Positions 58,302 to 64,000 of a stretch of 64,000 nt of DNA are shown piece by piece (within the stretch, counting starts at the first letter, position 1; each line of letters starts with the position of its first letter). The stretch spans positions 398 through 64,397 of the forward strand of contig JAHXGM010000001.1 in assembly GCA_019923605.1 (NCBI GenBank), written 5' to 3'. The notes beneath the pieces were generated by a model. It saw only the letters and a program-made list of their open reading frames with translations. It was not told the origin of the DNA and did no database searches. This DNA comes from Candidatus Nealsonbacteria bacterium. GTDB taxonomy: Bacteria; Patescibacteriota; Minisyncoccia; Minisyncoccales; CSSED10-335. Both the position numbers and the translations under genes were made by a program.

Positions 58302-58303
58302 CC

Positions 58304-59005
58304 ATGAAGGACTTTTCTAACCTTGAAGAAAGAATAGGAATTAATTTTAAGAATAGGGATCTTTTAGCTCAAGCGCTTTGTCATAGATCTTATCTAAACG
58401 AAAATCCTAATTTCTATTTAGGACATAATGAGAGGTTAGAATTTTTAGGAGACGCTGTTTTAGAACTTGTCGTTACCGAAAGCTTGTACATTCAGTATCC
58501 CAAAAAAACTGAAGGAGAATTAACTAGCTGGAGAGCGGCATTAGTTAATACAAAAATATTATTTGAAGTTAGTAAAAAATTAGGTCTTAGCGAATTCCTT
58601 TTGCTTTCAAAGGGAGAATCAAAATCAGCTGGAAGAACCAAACAATCAATCCTAGCGAATACTTTTGAAGCCTTGATTGGAGCTATCTATCTTGACGGGG
58701 GATATGATTTATGTAAAAAATTCACTGAGAGCCATTTGATGCCTAGATTAACTGAGATTATAAAATTAGGACTTTTCAAAGATGCAAAGTCTAAGTTGCA
58801 AGAAGAATCTCAGAGTAGAGAATCCATTACCCCTTGTTACAAGGTTTTAGAAGAATGGGGACCAGATCACAAGAAAACATTTAGAGTGGGAGTTTTCATA
58901 GGAGATGATCTCATAGCAGAGGGTAAGGGATTATCAAAACAAGAAGGAGAAGAAGAGGCAGCCAAGAATGCTCTAATAGTAAAGAGATGGCATAACAATA
59001 ATTAA
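58304..59005 (+). CDS. rnc: Ribonuclease III
   Basis: HNERLEFLGDAVL, FEALIGAIYLD, dsRBD (GPDH). Confidence 0.98.
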   Translation: MKDFSNLEERIGINFKNRDLLAQALCHRSYLNENPNFYLGHNERLEFLGDAVLELVVTESLYIQYPKKTEGELTSWRAALVNTKILFEVSKKLGLSEFLLLSKGESKSAGRTKQSILANTFEALIGAIYLDGGYDLCKKFTESHLMPRLTEIIKLGLFKDAKSKLQEESQSRESITPCYKVLEEWGPDHKKTFRVGVFIGDDLIAEGKGLSKQEGEEEAAKNALIVKRWHNNN

Positions 59006-59024
59006 TTATTTTAAATTAAAAGAA

Positions 59025-59384
59025 ATGATTACCATAAGATTCCTGAGAATAGGGAAAAAGAAACAACCGGTTTTTAAGATTGTAGTTACAGATAAAAAGA
59101 ATCCACCAACAGCGGGTAGATTTATTGATGAAGTTGGTTTCCATAATCCCATTACAAAGGAAAACAGAATTGATAAAGATAAGGTTTTACACTGGATTAG
59201 TAAGGGAGCAAAACCATCAGACACTGTTCGTAATCTTTTAATAAAAGGGGGAATCATTCAAGGGCAGAAAGCTCCTAAACACAAAATAGTAGAGAAGAAA
59301 GAAAAGTTAGTTCAAGAAAAGCCCGAAATTAAAAAAGAGGAAGTAGTTATTGAAGAAAAAGAAGCAGAGTCTATCAGTAGTTGA
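59025..59384 (+). CDS. rpsP: 30S ribosomal protein S16 with C-terminal extension
   Basis: IRFLRIGKK, GFHNP, WISKGAKPSDTV. Confidence 0.96.
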   Translation: MITIRFLRIGKKKQPVFKIVVTDKKNPPTAGRFIDEVGFHNPITKENRIDKDKVLHWISKGAKPSDTVRNLLIKGGIIQGQKAPKHKIVEKKEKLVQEKPEIKKEEVVIEEKEAESISS

Positions 59385-59413
59385 CTTTTTTTTAAAAAAT
59401 ATTAATACTAAGC

Positions 59414-59464
59414 TAGTAGCTTTCAATTACTTAATGTTTTAAGTATTGGAAGGTCGAGCTACTA
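59414..59464 (+). promoter_or_regulatory. Long stem-loop in the khpA 5' region
   Basis: TAGTAGCT/AGCTACTA, TTCAA/TTGGA and TACTTAA/TTAAGTA pairings with an internal AGGTCG bulge. Confidence 0.55.
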
Positions 59465-59498
59465 TGCGATTGGATGAAATTTAAAAACAGGGATTACT

Positions 59499-59813
59499 AT
59501 GACGAACCAAACTCCCGATCAAGACTTCCTTGAATACATTGTGAAAGCTTTAGTTGATCATCCAGGTGATGTTAAAGTTAATCGCAAGGTAGATGAGATG
59601 GGCGTATTACTATCTCTTATGGTGAACCCCAAAGATATGGGTCAAATCATCGGAAGGGCTGGAACAACCGCCAAAGCGATTAGAAACCTGGTGAGGATAA
59701 TTGGCTTAAAGAATCAAGCAAGAGTGAACTTGAAAATAGAGGAACCAGTTGGTGGGCAAGCCAGTGAGCCAGTTCCATCTTCTAGTACCAATTTGGAGGA
59801 TTTAAATCTTTAA
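59499..59813 (+). CDS. khpA: KH-domain RNA-binding protein KhpA/YlqC
   Basis: LVDHP, DMGQIIGRAG GxxG loop; rpsP-khpA-trmD synteny. Confidence 0.92.
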   Translation: MTNQTPDQDFLEYIVKALVDHPGDVKVNRKVDEMGVLLSLMVNPKDMGQIIGRAGTTAKAIRNLVRIIGLKNQARVNLKIEEPVGGQASEPVPSSSTNLEDLNL

Positions 59814-59832
59814 AAAGTTTTACAAAGACTGC

Positions 59833-59869
59833 GGAGCCGTGCTATATTATTAGTACGGCTTCTTTTTTT
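59833..59869 (+). terminator. Intrinsic terminator after khpA
   Basis: GGAGCCGTGCTA-TATTAT-TAGTACGGCTTC plus T7. Confidence 0.75.
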
Positions 59870-59873
59870 GAAG

Positions 59874-60599
59874 ATGAATTTTGAAGTAATAACAATATTT
59901 CCCAATATATTCACCTCTTATAAAGAGGAGAGTTTAATATTGCGAGCGAGGAAAAAAAAGATTATTGATATTAATATTTATAATTTAAGAAGTTGGTCAG
60001 ACGATAAGCATAAGACCGTTGATGATAAGCCTTTTGGGGGAGGATTAGGAATGGTAATGAAAGTAGATCCTATATTCAAAGCAGTTTCTGATATTAAGAA
60101 AGGAAAAAAATCTAAAGTGATTGTTTTTTCTCCTCGGGGAGAAAAGTTTAATCAATCTATGGCTCACGAATTTTCAAAATTAGATCAGTTAGTTATGGTC
60201 TGTGGTAGATATGAGGGAATTGATGAAAGAGTTTTAGACAATGTGGCTGATAAAGTAGTTTCAGTAGGAGATTATATTTTGATGGGAGGGGAATTGCCAG
60301 CCATGATAGTGATTGAAACAGTTTCTCGTCTTGTTCCGGGAGTTATAGGAAAAGATGAATTCTTAGGAGAAAGATTGAGAAATAAGGGTAAGAGTTTTAT
60401 TGAATATCCTCATTATACTCGTCCGGCTATTTTTGAACCTGGTAAAGCCTTAAAAAATATAGGTAAAAAGGAAATTAAGATAAGGGGGAAGAAAATAAGT
60501 TCATCATCAAAATTAAAATGGCAGGCTTCCGAAGATCTTCTTCTGGGCGATCATAAGAAAATTGATAAATGGCGTAAGGAGAAGGGAGTAATTTTTTAA
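59874..60599 (+). CDS. trmD: tRNA (guanine37-N1)-methyltransferase
   Basis: ITIFP, VDDKPFGGG, CGRYEGIDER, GDYILMGGE, EYPHYTRP; ATG 59874. Confidence 0.97.
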   Translation: MNFEVITIFPNIFTSYKEESLILRARKKKIIDINIYNLRSWSDDKHKTVDDKPFGGGLGMVMKVDPIFKAVSDIKKGKKSKVIVFSPRGEKFNQSMAHEFSKLDQLVMVCGRYEGIDERVLDNVADKVVSVGDYILMGGELPAMIVIETVSRLVPGVIGKDEFLGERLRNKGKSFIEYPHYTRPAIFEPGKALKNIGKKEIKIRGKKISSSSKLKWQASEDLLLGDHKKIDKWRKEKGVIF

Positions 60600-60623
60600 A
60601 CAAACAATTAAAATAATTTAAAG

Positions 60624-63338
60624 ATGAATAAAGAAAACATTGAAATAAATTACCATGCAAGATCTATAGATGAAGTTTTTGAAATTTTTTCATCTAATAA
60701 GAATGGCCTTTCAGAAAAAGAAGCAAACAAACGATTGGAGGAATTCGGTCCCAATGAAATATCTAAAAAGGAGGGGACTCATCCATTTTTTATATTCCTA
60801 AAACAGTTTCATAGTATTCTAATTTATATTCTTCTTTTTGCTGCTGCCTTGACCTGGTATTACGAAAAGATGATAGATACTTACGTAATATTGTTCATAG
60901 TCGTTGTAAATTCCATTATGGGATTTATACAAGAATATAGAGCCGAGAAAGCTGTTCAGGCATTAAGCCAAATGGTTGTTTTATCGGCTAAAGTTTATCG
61001 AGACGGGGTGTTTAAAAAAATAGATTCAAAGCTTTTGGTTCCAGGAGATATTATTGAAGTTGGGGAGGGGGATCGAATACCTGTTGATGCCAGGATCTTT
61101 GAATTAAAGAATTTTCGTACCGTTGAATCATCCTTAACGGGTGAATCAAATCCAACCAATAAAAAGATTGATGTATTGGACGCAGGAGTTTCCCTAGCAG
61201 ATAGGAGTAATATGATTTGGATGGGAACTTTTGTGGCCGGAGGTCAATGTAGGGCTATTGTGGTTAGTACTGGAGAAGAAACTGCATTTGGCTCTATAGC
61301 AAAAGATATTGGAGTTATAAAAAAAGAAAGAAGCCACTTTGAAAAAAAGACTAGTATCCTTGCAAAGCAAATGGGAATAATAGCTATAATTGGGGCTATT
61401 ATTACTTTTATAGTCGGGTTTTATATTAAAGGTATTGAACTTGAAGAAATATTATTCTTTACAATCGCATCTTTAGTATCGGGCATACCGGAAGGATTAC
61501 CAGCCATTCTTATTATGGTTTTAGCGTTAGGGACGACCAGAATGGCTAAAAAGAATGTGATTATCCGTAGACTTCCGGCCGCTGAAACGCTTGGCGTGAC
61601 GACCGTTATTATGACTGATAAAACCGGAACCCTTACAAGAAATACAATGAATGTAAGAGAGATATTTTTTGTTAAAGAAGATAATGTTGAAGTTACAGGT
61701 AATGGATGGGAACCAAAAGGAAGTTTTTGTCGAGATGCATGTAACTTGTCGCCACTTGAAGAGCCGGTTTTAGACAGATTACTTCACATTTCAGCAATTT
61801 GTAATAATGCAAAATTAATCCAGGAAGATTCTCGGTACAAGATTATAGGAGACCCGACGGAGGGGTCCCTAGTAGTTTTGGCTGAAAAAGCAGGATTGAA
61901 AGGTGATGCTATGGGTGAAAAAAAGATAGATGATATGCCGTTTAGTTCAGAATTAAAGTATAGGGCATCGTTAGTATCAATGATTAGAAGCGATAGTAAG
62001 GAGGAGTTGTATGCAGTTGGTGCCCCAGAATCAATTTTAGAAAGATCAACTCACTATTTATCAAAGGATGGTAAAATAAAATTAACAGAAAAAGAAAGGA
62101 AAATTATTTCAAAAAAGATAGAAGAAATGACCAGTAAGGCCATGAGGACTATCGCTATGTCATACAAGGTTCTTCCTTTAAAGCATGGTTCTCTTACTGA
62201 TAAATTAGTCAACGAAATGGTCTTTGTGGGAGTTGTTGGAATTATTGATCCCCCGAGAGAAGAGGCAAGGGAATCGGTATTTAAAGCTAGAAATGCTGGA
62301 ATTAGAGTTATTATGACAACAGGAGATCACAAGGGTACTGCTCTTGCAATAGCAAAGGAAGTGGGTATTGCTGATGAGGGATCAGAGGCTTTTTCAGAGC
62401 CTGAACTTTTAGAAATGTCAGATAAGCAATTTAAGAAAGTAGTTAGTGATGTTAATGTTTTTTCTCGCTTAACTCCATCGATGAAATTAAAAATTGCTGA
62501 GATACTTCAAGAAAAAGGTGAGATTGTTGCTATGACTGGAGACGGAGTTAACGACGCTCCATCGCTTAAAAAAGCAGACATAGGCATTTCAATGGGTATT
62601 ACAGGAACTGATGTAGCCAGAGAATCTAGTGAAATTATTTTAGCAGATGATAATTTTGCATCAATTATAAATGCTATTGAAGAGGGTCGAATAATTTTCA
62701 TTAATACTCGACAGGCTAGCACTTTCCTTATTACAACTAGTTTCGCTCAATATGCGACATTAATCGCGGCTTTACTTCTTTTTAGTTTTGAAGGACAAGC
62801 ATTACTACCGCTTTTACCAACTCAGATTCTTTGGCTTAATTTAGTGACAGGTGGAGTCGCAGGATTTACTTTAGCTTCTGAGCCCGGACACGGCGATGTT
62901 TTAGATGGTCCTCCGCGAAAAAAGAATGAGAATATATTATCAAAAGAGATTATTCCTTTTTTGATTATGTTGACGATAATAATGACAACTATTACCTTGT
63001 CATTCTTTTCTTATCATTTAAATATTAATGGAGACATTAATAAAGCTAGAACAGCAGCCTTTCTGGCTATAGCGTCTACTCAGTTATTTAATGTATTGAA
63101 TATGCGATCGATGACTCAGTCAATTTTTGAGATCGGCCTTTTTTCTAACAAATATCTTGCTTATTCCTTGGGATCTACAATAATTCTTCAGGTAATTGCT
63201 ATATATTACCTACAGCCAATTTTTAATTTTGGGGCTTTAGGATACCAAGAGGTCATTCCTATAGTATTAGCTTCTTCGTTAGTTTTGTGGGCTGGTGAGA
63301 TTTATAAGAAGATTCGATACAAGGTTATTGAAAAATAA
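60624..63338 (+). CDS. P-type ATPase, P2A (SERCA-like) architecture
   Basis: TGES, IPEGLP, DKTGTLT, TGDH, TGDGVNDAP. Confidence 0.93.
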   Translation: MNKENIEINYHARSIDEVFEIFSSNKNGLSEKEANKRLEEFGPNEISKKEGTHPFFIFLKQFHSILIYILLFAAALTWYYEKMIDTYVILFIVVVNSIMGFIQEYRAEKAVQALSQMVVLSAKVYRDGVFKKIDSKLLVPGDIIEVGEGDRIPVDARIFELKNFRTVESSLTGESNPTNKKIDVLDAGVSLADRSNMIWMGTFVAGGQCRAIVVSTGEETAFGSIAKDIGVIKKERSHFEKKTSILAKQMGIIAIIGAIITFIVGFYIKGIELEEILFFTIASLVSGIPEGLPAILIMVLALGTTRMAKKNVIIRRLPAAETLGVTTVIMTDKTGTLTRNTMNVREIFFVKEDNVEVTGNGWEPKGSFCRDACNLSPLEEPVLDRLLHISAICNNAKLIQEDSRYKIIGDPTEGSLVVLAEKAGLKGDAMGEKKIDDMPFSSELKYRASLVSMIRSDSKEELYAVGAPESILERSTHYLSKDGKIKLTEKERKIISKKIEEMTSKAMRTIAMSYKVLPLKHGSLTDKLVNEMVFVGVVGIIDPPREEARESVFKARNAGIRVIMTTGDHKGTALAIAKEVGIADEGSEAFSEPELLEMSDKQFKKVVSDVNVFSRLTPSMKLKIAEILQEKGEIVAMTGDGVNDAPSLKKADIGISMGITGTDVARESSEIILADDNFASIINAIEEGRIIFINTRQASTFLITTSFAQYATLIAALLLFSFEGQALLPLLPTQILWLNLVTGGVAGFTLASEPGHGDVLDGPPRKKNENILSKEIIPFLIMLTIIMTTITLSFFSYHLNINGDINKARTAAFLAIASTQLFNVLNMRSMTQSIFEIGLFSNKYLAYSLGSTIILQVIAIYYLQPIFNFGALGYQEVIPIVLASSLVLWAGEIYKKIRYKVIEK

Positions 63339-63365
63339 TTTTTTTGTGTTAATATAACCCCGTTC

Positions 63366-63448
63366 GGGTAGGTGGCAGAGTGGACAATCGCTCTTGGCTG
63401 TAAACCAAGCGCCTTCGGGCTACGGGGGTTCGAATCCCTCCCTACCCA
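63366..63448 (+). tRNA. tRNA-Tyr(GTA)
   Basis: GGGTAGG/CCTACCC acceptor, CTGTAAA loop, long variable arm. Confidence 0.95.
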
Positions 63449-63463
63449 CAATACTTTGGGGGC

Positions 63464-63535
<72 letters not shown>

Positions 63536-63554
63536 CAAGATAAAAAACAATATT

Positions 63555-63728
63555 ATGGCTACAAAAACAAAGAAAAAATCATACGTAAAATTTCAGTGTT
63601 CTATATGCAAAAGAATTAATTATCTTCTTAAGAAATCAAAGGGAACAGTTCCTGATTCAAAACTAGAACTTAAGAAGTTTTGCAAGTGGTGCCGTGCTCA
63701 TAAAGATCATAAGGAAACTAAGAAATAG
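63555..63728 (+). CDS. rpmG: 50S ribosomal protein L33 (not in ORF track)
   Basis: Hand translation MATKTKKKSYVKFQCSICKRINY..LELKKFCKWCRAHKDHKETKK*. Confidence 0.95.
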   Translation: MATKTKKKSYVKFQCSICKRINYLLKKSKGTVPDSKLELKKFCKWCRAHKDHKETKK

Positions 63729-63734
63729 TAAAAC

Positions 63735-63806
63735 GGGGGTGTGGTGTCAATGGTAGCACAACGGTCTCCAAAACCGTTAGTCTAGGTTCGAATCCTTGCA
63801 CCCCCG
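63735..63806 (+). tRNA. tRNA-Trp(CCA)
   Basis: GGGGGTG/CACCCCC acceptor, CTCCAAA loop, G73. Confidence 0.95.
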
Positions 63807-63816
63807 CTCTTTATAT

Positions 63817-64000
63817 ATGACTTTAGATATTAAAAAAGATCTAAAATTCCTAAGAAAGAAATCTGAAGAAGTTAAGGAAGTTAATGAAGAGGTGAAGTCC
63901 CTTATTTCTGATATGATGGAGACAATGATTGAAAATAATGGAATAGGCCTTGCTGCTCCTCAAGTCGGACACTTTAAAAGAATTATTTTAATTCAATTTG
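63817..64000 (+). CDS. def: Peptide deformylase (5' part, runs off window)
   Basis: LRKKSEEV..DMMETM..GIGLAAPQVG motif 1. Confidence 0.92.
   Translation, partial: MTLDIKKDLKFLRKKSEEVKEVNEEVKSLISDMMETMIENNGIGLAAPQVGHFKRIILIQF

Noticed and set aside
446-62722. Dozens of short antisense or alternative-frame ORFs in the track (e.g. 4409-4753, 10341-10694, 24949-25332, 26735-27073, 46490-46837, 52984-53373)
   Set aside because: They overlap well-conserved genes, have no recognisable motifs and look like shadow ORFs
63735-63806. Recoded UGA (genetic code 25 or 4)
   Set aside because: tRNA-Trp has a CCA anticodon, TGA ends several genes (e.g. 701, 18530, 32942, 59384) and ORFs are intact under code 11

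Overview
AT-rich chromosome segment of a Patescibacteria/CPR (Parcubacteria-like) bacterium, read with genetic code 11. The assignment is an inference from the missing rpmD in the spc operon, the missing rplA after rplK, A/T-rich Shine-Dalgarno-less starts and typical CPR hypothetical proteins. Bases 0.8-26.5 kb hold the str-S10-spc-alpha ribosomal supercluster, interrupted after map by galT-like, tpiA, alaS and a baseplate-J-like gene. It is followed by murA, two mreB paralogs, holB, frr, rseP, gatCA, three tRNAs, a gyrB with an HNH intein, and secE-nusG-rplK. Next come an unusual pyrimidine-nucleotide module, gatB, an IS481-like remnant beside an AbiEi/AbiEii toxin-antitoxin pair, miaA/miaB, dnaE, rnhB, rpmF-nusB-rnc-rpsP-khpA-trmD, a P-type ATPase, tRNAs with rpmG, and a partial def. 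The best candidate for an undescribed system is 41.2-46.1 kb. It combines an HxGH nucleotidyltransferase, a dCMP-type deaminase fused to a degenerate nucleotidyltransferase-like domain, a HIT enzyme and a ThyA lacking two phosphate-binding arginines, next to tmk, folA and a divergent deoC. Other notable signals are a strongly deviant initiator tRNA, an attenuator-like RNA between rpsJ and rplC, apparent leaderless promoters, a membrane-anchored RxxxxH (HEPN-like) protein and a P2A-like ATPase missing most Ca2+ ligands. All calls come from motif reading by eye; no searches were run.
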